A stretch of DNA of 64,000 bases from Phycisphaeraceae bacterium (GTDB lineage Bacteria > Planctomycetota > Phycisphaerae > Phycisphaerales > Zrk34), in NCBI GenBank assembly GCA_028282685.1, contig JANQHK010000087.1, forward strand, positions 1,688 to 65,687. The letters run 5' to 3'. The notes under the pieces were generated by a model. That model did not search any database. It saw nothing but the letters and a program-made list of their open reading frames with translations, and was not told the origin of the DNA. Below are positions 1 through 8,670 of the stretch, piece by piece; within the stretch, counting starts at the first letter, position 1, and each line of letters starts with the position of its first letter. Both the position numbers and the translations under genes were made by a program.

Positions 1-780
1 AGGCAGACGCGCATGCGTGTGCCGTTGGCGGGGCCGGCGAATCGGGCCGGTCGCATCGCCGGACGAGATGCGGCGGGGATGATCGGCGATCCGATGGCCC
101 CGGTGATGGGCACAGCCATTGCACGGGTGTTCGGTCTGTCCGCGGGCATGACCGGCTTGTCACTTGGCGCCGCCGAGCGATTCGGATTGTCCGCCACCGC
201 GGTGACGGTGATCGCGCCCCACCACGTCGGTTATTACCCCGGCGCGACGCCGATCACACTCAAGCTGGTTTACGATCCGCAAACCGGAAAAATTCTGGGC
301 GCGCAGGCCCTGGGAGCCAACGGCGTGGACAAGCGCGTCGACGTGATCGCCACGGCCATGCGCTTCGGTGGCACCGTGCGCGATCTGGCAGGGGTGGATT
401 TGTGTTACGCCCCGCCCTTTGGCGCCGCCAAGGACCCGGTACATATGGCCGCCTTCGCCGCCTGCAACCGGTTGGACGGCTTGGTGAAGGTGATCCAGCC
501 CGATGCGGATTTGTCCGGCATGCAGATCGTCGACGTGCGCAGTACTTCGGAAGTGCAGAAGCTGGCGTTGGCGGGCGCGGACAACGCCGATGTATTCCAC
601 ATTCCATTGGATGAACTGCGTGAACGGTTGCACGAGTTGGATTCGGCCCGCCCGACGGTGACGAGCTGCGCCTCGGGCTTGCGCAGTTACCTTGCTGCGA
701 GAATCCTGATGCAGAACGGTTTTACCGATGTGTCCAATCTCACGGGCGCCGCCATCGTCCGAGCCCGCGCGATGAGATAG
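1..780 (+). CDS. FAD-dependent pyridine nucleotide-disulfide oxidoreductase (CoA-disulfide reductase / NADH oxidase family), C-terminal part with fused rhodanese domain; 5' end lies outside the window
   Basis: Frame 1 is open from base 1 (ORF track 13..780). Dimerisation-domain blocks HHVGYYPGATPITLKLVYDPQTGKILGAQALG and DLCYAPPFGAAKDPVHMAA are followed by a rhodanese module (IVDVRSTSE ... TSCASGLRSYLAARIL, with Cys in the active-site loop). Confidence 0.8.
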   Translation, partial: RQTRMRVPLAGPANRAGRIAGRDAAGMIGDPMAPVMGTAIARVFGLSAGMTGLSLGAAERFGLSATAVTVIAPHHVGYYPGATPITLKLVYDPQTGKILGAQALGANGVDKRVDVIATAMRFGGTVRDLAGVDLCYAPPFGAAKDPVHMAAFAACNRLDGLVKVIQPDADLSGMQIVDVRSTSEVQKLALAGADNADVFHIPLDELRERLHELDSARPTVTSCASGLRSYLAARILMQNGFTDVSNLTGAAIVRARAMR

Positions 781-1300
781 ACCGTTGGTTCAGAATCAAC
801 CCTCTGACTCTGTGGTGGTGATATCAAAGCCGTACTGTTGCATGTTTTTCGGTGTGAACAAAATCGGCTGGTTGCCGACTACCGGATCGAGTCCCTGCTG
901 CCCAAACACCTCACGGGGCTATGGGGCCATCGACATGTTGATCGCCAAGTCGCTCGCAACCGGCACAACCGAATGCACTGACATTCGGCCCACACGGATT
1001 CTTTGTAATTGGGCTGGCGTCCCGCCCTCCCCTCCCTTCACAGCAGCCGTCGTGTAACCGTTGTGAAGGGCCAAGACACATGGGCCGATAATTCGCGCCA
1101 ATTCATTATGTCTTGCCAAAGCACCGGTCCAACGGCTGAATCCAGCTCATCCCCCTAAAAGGATTCGAGCGAGATGTTTATAACCATCCGCAAGAATGGT
1201 CATGAATATGCACTTAGCGAGGCGTTAAAAATCGAGTCTGGTTTCGTTGTAAAGGGCCTTAACCGGTGATTTCAGTCCTCCGATAGACCTAGATGGAGAC

Positions 1301-3091
1301 ATGACCTCACCCCGTAAGAGAAGAGAAACAACGATGCCAACGCCCAAGTCACTCCGCCTCGTGATCGCCCGCAACGTATCCGCAACCTTCAACATCATCC
1401 GGATGCTGTCGATTCTGCTGGTGTTCGCCTTTGCCGGCTGTGGAGCGAACCTGGAGCCGGGCTGGAAGGCCTATCAACGCGGCGAATACGACGTAGCCCT
1501 GGATCGCTGGACACCGCAGGCCGAGCAAGGCGACAGCGGCGCTCAGTTTTTCGTGGGCCTGATGCACGAGCGCGGCCAGGGAGTACCGCAGTCTTACGAG
1601 CAGGCGGCGTACTGGTATCGATTGTCGGCAGAACAAGGATTCGCTCCAGCGCAAAACAACCTCGGCCTACTGTATTACAAGGGCCGTGGTGTGGAACAGG
1701 ATCGCGAGCAAGCGATCACCTGGTATCAACGCGCATACAAGCAAGGCAACGTGTCGGCACGCACAAACATGGCGATGATCCGGATTTCTGCCGAGCCAGC
1801 GGCAGTGGATTACGCCAAGGCGCGAAACATGTTCTCCCGTTCCGCACGCGATGGCGACGCGGCCGCGCAATTCGCACTGGGCATGATGTACCGTCATGGC
1901 GAAGGTGTGGAGCAGAACCATTCCAAGGCGGCGAAGTGGCTGAAGATGGCCGCAGCCCAGGGACATGCCCGGGCTGCCAGTGAACTGGGCGCGATGTACG
2001 AGCGAGGCGAAGGGGTGGTGGAGGTTCACGCCAAGGCCGTGAAGTTGTACCGCTACGCCGCGGTCCAAGGCCTGCCCGAAGCGCAGAACAACCTCGGCCT
2101 GATGTACGCCGAGGGCAAGGGCGTGGATCAGGACCTCAACGAAGCGCGCACGTGGTTTGCCAAGGCAGCGGCGCAGGGGACTACCAGCGCCGAATACTCA
2201 CTGGGCAAGCTGTACCTGCAAGGCCGGGGCGCGACCCATGATGAACAACAAGGCGTGCAGAAGGTTCAACTCGCCGCCCAGCGCAACTTCGCTCCCGCCC
2301 AGCACCTGATGGGACTTCTGCATACCAAGGGACAAGGCGTAGCGCAGTCACCCAGGCAGGCGGCCCAATGGTATGAAAAAGCCGCGGAGCAGGATTTCAG
2401 TCCTTCACAGAACAATTTGGCGCTGATGTATATGCAGGGCACGGGCGTGAAACAGGATTACGAACAAGCCCGGCGTTGGTCGCTGCGTGCGGCCGAGAAA
2501 GGGCTGGCCGAGTCCCAATACATGCAGGGATGGATTTACTACAAGGGGTTGGGCGTCCCGGTGGATCAAAAAGAAGCGGCCAAGTGGTTCACGCTCGCCG
2601 CCGAACAGGGATTCGCCCAGGCGCAGACCAATCTCGGACTGATGTATCTGAAAGGCGAGGGTGTTCCGCAGTCAGACAAGCAGGCCGCCGAATGGCTGAC
2701 GCAGGCCTCGGACCAGGGCCGCGCCCTGGCGCAGACCAACCTGGCGATGCTGTACGCCAAAGGCCGGGGCGTGCGTCGTGATCTGACCGAATCGGCTCGG
2801 CTGTTCGCTTCGGCCGCCGAACAGGGTCAACCCTTAGCGCAAAGCAAGCTGGCGTTGATGTACGAATACGGCCGCGGCGTCGAGCGCGATCCCGTAGCGG
2901 CGTACACCTGGTACACGATCAGCGCCGAACAAGGCGATGCCCAGGCCCAGGCCCGGGTTGAGTCACTGGCCAGGGGCCTGACCCCGCAGCAGATCGCCCA
3001 AGCCAGGCAAAACGCCGGGACCTGGACTGCCAGCCATGAACAAACCGAGCAGTTGGCCACGGTGCCGCTGCCTCCCGTCGAGCAGGATTGA
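1301..3091 (+). CDS. Sel1/SLR-repeat (TPR-like) lipoprotein, about 14 tandem repeats
   Basis: 596-aa ORF. The hydrophobic N-terminal segment ends in a lipobox-like FAGC. ~36-aa repeats with a recurring AxWYxxAAEQGxxxAQxNLGxMYxxGxGVxQD signature run to about residue 560. The start is ATG 1301 (GGAG 2 nt upstream) or ATG 1334. Confidence 0.9.
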   Translation: MTSPRKRRETTMPTPKSLRLVIARNVSATFNIIRMLSILLVFAFAGCGANLEPGWKAYQRGEYDVALDRWTPQAEQGDSGAQFFVGLMHERGQGVPQSYEQAAYWYRLSAEQGFAPAQNNLGLLYYKGRGVEQDREQAITWYQRAYKQGNVSARTNMAMIRISAEPAAVDYAKARNMFSRSARDGDAAAQFALGMMYRHGEGVEQNHSKAAKWLKMAAAQGHARAASELGAMYERGEGVVEVHAKAVKLYRYAAVQGLPEAQNNLGLMYAEGKGVDQDLNEARTWFAKAAAQGTTSAEYSLGKLYLQGRGATHDEQQGVQKVQLAAQRNFAPAQHLMGLLHTKGQGVAQSPRQAAQWYEKAAEQDFSPSQNNLALMYMQGTGVKQDYEQARRWSLRAAEKGLAESQYMQGWIYYKGLGVPVDQKEAAKWFTLAAEQGFAQAQTNLGLMYLKGEGVPQSDKQAAEWLTQASDQGRALAQTNLAMLYAKGRGVRRDLTESARLFASAAEQGQPLAQSKLALMYEYGRGVERDPVAAYTWYTISAEQGDAQAQARVESLARGLTPQQIAQARQNAGTWTASHEQTEQLATVPLPPVEQD

Positions 3092-3214
3092 ATCGAGGTT
3101 TCTCAGTGTGTGGCGCGGCGAGTCAAATCGCCGCGCTTTTAATTATTACACATTGCGCCATTTCATCCAAGGAACTGGAAGAAGTTGCTTGTGGGGCCAA
3201 CGTCCCTGTCGTGA

Positions 3215-3484
3215 ACATCTGGTACGGATCCCCGTTCAGTCCTTCCCACGGTGGAGCGCCGCTTCCGCGAAGCCCTGGGCCGATCGATCCGGCAGGAGAT
3301 CGTGCGTGTCCGTCTCAAGCGGACGCGCCGGATGTTGCGCCAAACCAACGAACCGGTGAGGTCCATTGCCACCCGGTGCGGATTTCGTGACGCAGAGCAC
3401 CCGTGCAAAATATTCGCCCAGGACGAGGGAATCTCACCGGGCCGATATCGGCGTCAAGCCAGGCAACACGACACATCGTCATGA
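3215..3484 (+). pseudogene. AraC/XylS-family HTH remnant (C-terminal ~85 codons only, no sensor domain)
   Basis: The frame is open after TGA 3212-3214. The 77-aa ORF from GTG 3251 reads ERRFREALGRSIRQEIVRVRLKRTRRMLRQTNEPVRSIATRCGFRDAEHPCKIFAQDEGISPGRYRR. That covers the end of HTH1, the linker helix and a complete HTH2 of the AraC DNA-binding domain. A possible HTH1 beginning (KELEEVACGANV) lies in another frame (~3160-3205), suggesting frameshift decay. Confidence 0.45.
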
Positions 3485-3609
3485 TTCGCTCGACGTCTGA
3501 TAAAATGGGATACCATGTCAGTTCCGACACGGTTGAGGCGTCATTCCTGAAGAACTCGCATGGCTTTTTCTTACCCAATTTGATTTGGACGGCACACCCT
3601 GATACGGAG

Positions 3610-5037
3610 ATGACCGCAATGCAGTGCAAAACCATGATTTTCGTTACGGCCCTGGTCCTGACCGGCGCGTTGTCCATCACTTCTGGCGCCGCCGACACCG
3701 ATGAGAGCAAGGAAGATTGGACGCCGTTATTCAACGGCAAAAACCTCGACGGCTGGACGATCAAAGTGACCGGCAGCAAGGTCGGGGAGAACTACAAGAA
3801 CACCTTCCGCGTTGAAGACGGCGTGCTGAAGGTCCGTTACGATGAATACGAGAAGTTCGACGGGCGATTCGGCCACATCTTCTGCAACACGCCGTATTCG
3901 CATTACCGACTGCGCATGGAATACCGTTTCGTCGGCGATCAATGTCCGGGAGGTCCCGGCTGGGCCTTTCGGAACTCCGGCGTGATGATTCACGGGCAGA
4001 CTCCCGAGTCGATGGACAAGAACCAGGATTTTCCAGTCTCCATCGAGGTCCAACTGCTTGGCGGCAACCCCGACGGCAAGGGCAATCGTTCCACACTCAA
4101 TCTCTGCACACCCGGAACCCATGTCGTCCTCGATGGCAAATTGCACACGAAACACTGCACCAAGTCCACGTCGAAGACGTATCACGGCGACCGGTGGATC
4201 AGTTGCGAGATCGAGGTCCGCGGCAACAAACTCATCCGCCACATCGTCGACGGCGAGACCGTGCTCCTGTACACACAGCCGCAACTCGATCCCAAAGACA
4301 AGAGCGCGAAGAAGATCATCGAGAAGCAAGGCGGCGATAAGATGCTCAGCGGCGGAACGATCTCGCTCCAGGCCGAAAGCCATCCGTGCGAATTCCGCAA
4401 TATTGAAATTCTGGAACTGGACGACGCATCCCCCTCCGCCTCAACCGGCGCATCCGACCCATGGACTGCGCTGTTCGACGGCAAGACACTGAACGGCTGG
4501 ACCCAGCGCAACGGCACCGCCACCTACCGCGTTGAGAATGGCTCCATCGTCGGCAGGACCACCACGGGTAGCCCCAATGCTTTCCTCTGCACCGACAAGG
4601 AATACGGCGACTTTGAGTTGCTGTTCGAGGTGAAGGTGCACGATCAACTGAACTCGGGCGTGCAGATTCGTTCACAAACGCGCGGCGGACCCACCGGACG
4701 CGTCAACGGACCGCAGGTTGAAATCGAAGCCGGCAGGGACAAGGGCGGCGAGGCGGGGTACCTGTATGCCGAAGCGGCGGGCGGCTGGATGACCCCCAAC
4801 AATCAACGCAAACCCCACAAACATTTTATGGACGGGCAGTGGAATTCGTATCGCGTGCTGGCCGTCGGGCCGCGCATCCAGGTCTGGGTCAATGGCGTGC
4901 AGGTTTCCAATCTGACGGACGAAAAGATCTACCAATCCCACCCCAAAGGATTCATCGGACTGCAAGTCCATAGCACAGGCCGCAACAATACGCTCGATGT
5001 GGCTTGGCGTAACATCAAGCTGCGCGAGATTCGGTAG
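3610..5037 (+). CDS. secreted protein with two tandem DUF1080 (3-keto-disaccharide hydrolase-like) domains
   Basis: ORF 3403..5037, with the start moved to ATG 3610 where a signal peptide begins (MTAMQCKTMIFVTALVLTGALSITSGAA). Each half opens with the family hallmark (WTPLFNGKNLDGWT; WTALFDGKTLNGWT) and closes with FRNIEILEL / WRNIKLREI. Confidence 0.85.
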   Translation: MTAMQCKTMIFVTALVLTGALSITSGAADTDESKEDWTPLFNGKNLDGWTIKVTGSKVGENYKNTFRVEDGVLKVRYDEYEKFDGRFGHIFCNTPYSHYRLRMEYRFVGDQCPGGPGWAFRNSGVMIHGQTPESMDKNQDFPVSIEVQLLGGNPDGKGNRSTLNLCTPGTHVVLDGKLHTKHCTKSTSKTYHGDRWISCEIEVRGNKLIRHIVDGETVLLYTQPQLDPKDKSAKKIIEKQGGDKMLSGGTISLQAESHPCEFRNIEILELDDASPSASTGASDPWTALFDGKTLNGWTQRNGTATYRVENGSIVGRTTTGSPNAFLCTDKEYGDFELLFEVKVHDQLNSGVQIRSQTRGGPTGRVNGPQVEIEAGRDKGGEAGYLYAEAAGGWMTPNNQRKPHKHFMDGQWNSYRVLAVGPRIQVWVNGVQVSNLTDEKIYQSHPKGFIGLQVHSTGRNNTLDVAWRNIKLREIR

Positions 5038-5043
5038 CCGCAA

Positions 5044-5796
5044 TCAGTTGACCGCATCTTCAGACGGCTCCACCTCATCCATGCGCCGTTCCTCCGCGGT
5101 CAGTTTCCGCAAATGAATCTTTCGGATCGCGCCGTGCGACCACCACGTCGCAAAGCCGAGCGGCTTGCAATCCTCCACTTCCATGCGCGTATCGAACTGG
5201 TAGTAGAGGTCTTCGTCCGAGTCGGGGTTGTAGGGCACGCTGAACTCGTCTTTCTTGCGGGGGTGATTGATGATCGGCCTGCCGTCAAGCCAGCAGCGGA
5301 CGTATTGGTCGGTCACACGTACGCGGAACTCGTACCATTTGTTGTTTTCGTAGGGGAACTCTGTGCTGGTCGTGTTCATCGAGGCGTCCAGGCCGTCGAT
5401 GCTGGACAGCCCGGTGATCGTGTTGGCCCACCCTCCGTTGACTAGCGTGCAGAATCCTTTGCCAATGGGGAAGGTCAGCGCCGCGAAGAAATCGGCGCCG
5501 TCGACGCGGCAGGCCTCGTAGCTGATTTCGTAGTTGGTTTTCGGCGCCTCGCCGTCGTACTTGATGAACGTACCCATTTCGCCCAGACCCAACTGGATGG
5601 CGCCGTCCTTGACTTCCACCGGCCCTTCATTTCCCGCACGCGGTACGGACCAGCCGTTCAGCGTTTTCCCATCGAACAGATCGACTCCGGTCTGTTTTTG
5701 CGTTTTCCCCGCCGGCGTCGATTGCGACTCTCCCGAGCCATCGCACCCGCCCAGTCCTACCGCCAGCGCAATCACGAATATTGAGATGGTTTTCAT
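5044..5796 (-). CDS. DUF1080 (3-keto-disaccharide hydrolase-like) domain lipoprotein
   Basis: 250-aa ORF with lipoprotein signal MKTISIFVIALAVGLGGC. The hallmark VDLFDGKTLNGWSV is present, with IRKIHLRKL near the C-terminus and an AAGGA RBS upstream of ATG 5796. Its stop is only 6 nt from the stop of the convergent gene 3610..5037. Confidence 0.85.
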   Translation of the reverse strand: MKTISIFVIALAVGLGGCDGSGESQSTPAGKTQKQTGVDLFDGKTLNGWSVPRAGNEGPVEVKDGAIQLGLGEMGTFIKYDGEAPKTNYEISYEACRVDGADFFAALTFPIGKGFCTLVNGGWANTITGLSSIDGLDASMNTTSTEFPYENNKWYEFRVRVTDQYVRCWLDGRPIINHPRKKDEFSVPYNPDSDEDLYYQFDTRMEVEDCKPLGFATWWSHGAIRKIHLRKLTAEERRMDEVEPSEDAVN

Positions 5797-5874
5797 TTCT
5801 TATCCTTTCGATTGACGGCTCGTGTGCTGATTCAACTGCGGCGCATTGTAACCCATGGGCATTACAATACGGCA

Positions 5875-6675
5875 ATGGCCCAGACAAACAACGTCGCCTT
5901 CTGTTGTGAGTCCATTGACGGGAACGAGCAAGCCGCCCACCCGGCCCAACGTCTGGAATTGCCGCAGGCGAATGCGGATTGTTCGGATTATCCGCTGCTG
6001 TTGACGTGGACGGGCGATCGTCTGGAACTGCGACGCACCGACAAGACCTGCGGACCGATCTACTGCGACTTCAATTCCGGCCCGTTCGGCCATCGCTCAC
6101 GGCAGAATCTGCGCGGCGAACTTCTGGCCAAGGCCGTGGGGTTTAAGGGCAAGCCGCTTGATGTGGTGGACGCCACCGCGGGACTGGGGCGCGACGCGGC
6201 GTTGTTGGCGTTACTGGGATGTCGCGTGACCGCCATCGAGCGTCACCCCGTAATCCACGCTTTGCTGGAAGACGGTCTGTTGCGTGCCACCGACCACGCC
6301 CGAGCAGGCGATCGGTTACAAAGCCATCTTTGCTTGGTGCATGACGACTCCATCGCGCACCTGCAATCGTTGCGGGGCGAAGCGGCGTCCGATGTGGTCT
6401 GCCTGGACCCGATGTTTCCACCCCGGAATAAATCAGCGAAGGTGAAAAAGGAATTGCAGATACTGGGTCTGCTGTTGGGCGACGCGGACAACGGCGACGA
6501 GTTACTGGCCGCGGCGGCGCAGACCGGCTGCCGGCGCATCGTCGTCAAGCGGTCCCTGCATGCCCCGCCGCTGAACCATCCCGCAAACCGGGCGCCATCA
6601 TGTGTTTTCAAGGGCAAAGCCGTGCGCTTCGATGTGTATCTTTCGGCGTGGCCAGATGTCCGCGGCGATGCGTGA
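5875..6675 (+). CDS. rsmJ: RsmJ-like 16S rRNA (guanine-N2)-methyltransferase, class I SAM-dependent
   Basis: ORF 5812..6675, with the start moved to ATG 5875. Blocks LLAKAVGFKGKPLDVVDATAGLGRDAALLALLGCRVTAIERHP and VVCLDPMFP...KSAKVKKELQ match the RsmJ/YhiQ family as I recall it. Confidence 0.75.
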   Translation: MAQTNNVAFCCESIDGNEQAAHPAQRLELPQANADCSDYPLLLTWTGDRLELRRTDKTCGPIYCDFNSGPFGHRSRQNLRGELLAKAVGFKGKPLDVVDATAGLGRDAALLALLGCRVTAIERHPVIHALLEDGLLRATDHARAGDRLQSHLCLVHDDSIAHLQSLRGEAASDVVCLDPMFPPRNKSAKVKKELQILGLLLGDADNGDELLAAAAQTGCRRIVVKRSLHAPPLNHPANRAPSCVFKGKAVRFDVYLSAWPDVRGDA

Positions 6676-6803
6676 TGTCCACCTCGGTGATGCGCCTGTG
6701 CGTCCGGTTTTCAGCCCTACTGGATTTTTTCCTGTGATTTCGCCACAATACCCCGCTTTCCGCCCCGCCGAGTTTGTTTGCCTACCCCCGAGACAACGAC
6801 TGC

Positions 6804-8648
6804 ATGAGTCGAACCGACCTCCGCAACATCGCGATCATCGCGCACGTCGATCACGGCAAGACCACCCTGGTCGACGAGCTGCTGCGCCAGAGCGGTCAAT
6901 TCCGACGGGCTGAACTCGACGGCGATTGCATTCTCGATTCCAATCCGCTGGAGCGCGAGCGCGGGATCACGATCCTGGCAAAGAACTGCGCAATCGACTA
7001 CACGGATCGTCACGGGCAATCCGTCCACATCAACATCGTGGATACGCCCGGCCACGCGGACTTCTCCGGTGAAGTTGAACGGGTGTTGAAGCTGGCCGAT
7101 GGCGTGTTGCTGCTGGTCGACGCTTTTGAGGGCGTCATGCCGCAGACGCGCTACGTGCTGAGTAAAGCCCTGGCCGAGGAATTACGCCCCTTGGTGGTCA
7201 TCAACAAGATGGATCGTCCGGACGAGCGCCACACCGAAGTCCTTGATGAAGTGTTCGATCTGATGGTTGAGTTGGGCGCAGACGATGAAGCGTTGGATTT
7301 CCCGGTCATTTACGCATCGGGGCGCAGCGGCTGGGCGACCACCGATCCGGACAACCTGCCCACGGAGGGCGGCGATATTCACGTTCTTTTCGAGGCGATC
7401 ATCGAAAATGTCCCCGCGCCACGGTTCGATTCCGATGCGCCGCTGCAGGCGCTGATCACCTCGCTGGACTGGTCGGAATACGTCGGACGGATCGGCATCG
7501 GACGCGTGTTCGCCGGCACGCTGAAAGCCGGGCAGACCGTGGCGGTGATCGATCGCCAGGGAAAACACAGCGTCCAAAAGGTGGGGCAGTTGTTTCGCTT
7601 CCATGGACTGGGGCGACAGGAAACGCCGGCCATCGAGGCGGGCGACCTGCGTGCGGTGGTCGGACTGAAGCGTGTGGACATCGGCGACACGCTGGCCGAC
7701 GCAGCCAATCCCGTGGCGTTACCGACCGTTCACATCGATGAGCCGACGCTGCACATGACTTTTCGCGTGAACGACGGCCCCTTCGGGGGACAGGACGGCC
7801 AATACGTGACCAGCCGACAGATCGCCGAGCGGCTGCAGCGTGAGTTGCAAGCCAATGTGGCGTTGCGCGTCGATGAGCGCGGCGATGAGTTCAATGTCTC
7901 CGGCCGGGGCATGCTGCATCTGGGCATCCTGCTGGAAAACATGCGGCGTGAAGGGTACGAACTGGTCGTGGGCAAACCCGAGGTGATCTACCACATCGAG
8001 GACGGCAGGAAACTGGAACCGATCGAGAAACTGGTGATCGACGTGCCGACGTCAACGATCGGCGCGGTGATGCAACCGGTCGGCGATCGCCGGGCGGAAC
8101 TGCTGCACATGGACGACCGCGGCAGTCGCACGCACGTGGAGTTTCTCATTCCGGCGCGCGGCCTGGTGGGCCTGCGCAATCGGATTCTGACCGCAACAGG
8201 CGGCGAAGCCATCATGCACCACCGCTTCGAGAAATACGACGCCGATCGTGGCTCGATCCCGGGACGGATCAACGGCGTGATGATCGCCACGGAAAGCGGC
8301 GCGGTGACGGCCTACGCCACGGAGCAACTGGCCGACCGAGGCGTCCTGTTCGTCAAGCCCGGCGAAGCGATCTACGAGGGCCAGATCGTCGGCGAACACT
8401 GCAAGGAAGGCGACATCGTGGTCAACATCACCCGCCAGAAGAAACTGACCAACATCCGCTCGGCCACCAAGGAAGCAACGGTCACACTCAAGGCAGCCCG
8501 TGATCTCACACTCGAAGCGGCCCTGGAATACATTCAGGATGATGAATTGGTGGAACTGACCCCCACCTCAATTCGCCTGCGTAAAAAACTGCTCAGCGAA
8601 ACCGACCGACGACGCTACCAACGCCATCTGGCTTCAAAGAATTCATGA
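6804..8648 (+). CDS. typA: translational GTPase TypA/BipA
   Basis: ORF 6774..8648, with the start at ATG 6804 ([24 protein letters not shown]). G motifs DTPGHADF and NKMDR are present. The ~614-aa length and C-terminal block IRLRKK are typical of BipA. Confidence 0.95.
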   Translation: MSRTDLRNIAIIAHVDHGKTTLVDELLRQSGQFRRAELDGDCILDSNPLERERGITILAKNCAIDYTDRHGQSVHINIVDTPGHADFSGEVERVLKLADGVLLLVDAFEGVMPQTRYVLSKALAEELRPLVVINKMDRPDERHTEVLDEVFDLMVELGADDEALDFPVIYASGRSGWATTDPDNLPTEGGDIHVLFEAIIENVPAPRFDSDAPLQALITSLDWSEYVGRIGIGRVFAGTLKAGQTVAVIDRQGKHSVQKVGQLFRFHGLGRQETPAIEAGDLRAVVGLKRVDIGDTLADAANPVALPTVHIDEPTLHMTFRVNDGPFGGQDGQYVTSRQIAERLQRELQANVALRVDERGDEFNVSGRGMLHLGILLENMRREGYELVVGKPEVIYHIEDGRKLEPIEKLVIDVPTSTIGAVMQPVGDRRAELLHMDDRGSRTHVEFLIPARGLVGLRNRILTATGGEAIMHHRFEKYDADRGSIPGRINGVMIATESGAVTAYATEQLADRGVLFVKPGEAIYEGQIVGEHCKEGDIVVNITRQKKLTNIRSATKEATVTLKAARDLTLEAALEYIQDDELVELTPTSIRLRKKLLSETDRRRYQRHLASKNS

Positions 8649-8670
8649 ACAGAGATCGCGCCGGATCCGG

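Noticed and set aside
785-1057. A 90-aa plus-strand ORF after the oxidoreductase gene
   Set aside because: Its composition is Cys/Pro/Thr-rich and odd, and there is no RBS. The opposite strand gives a more protein-like, though interrupted, frame; see the finding at 796..1146.
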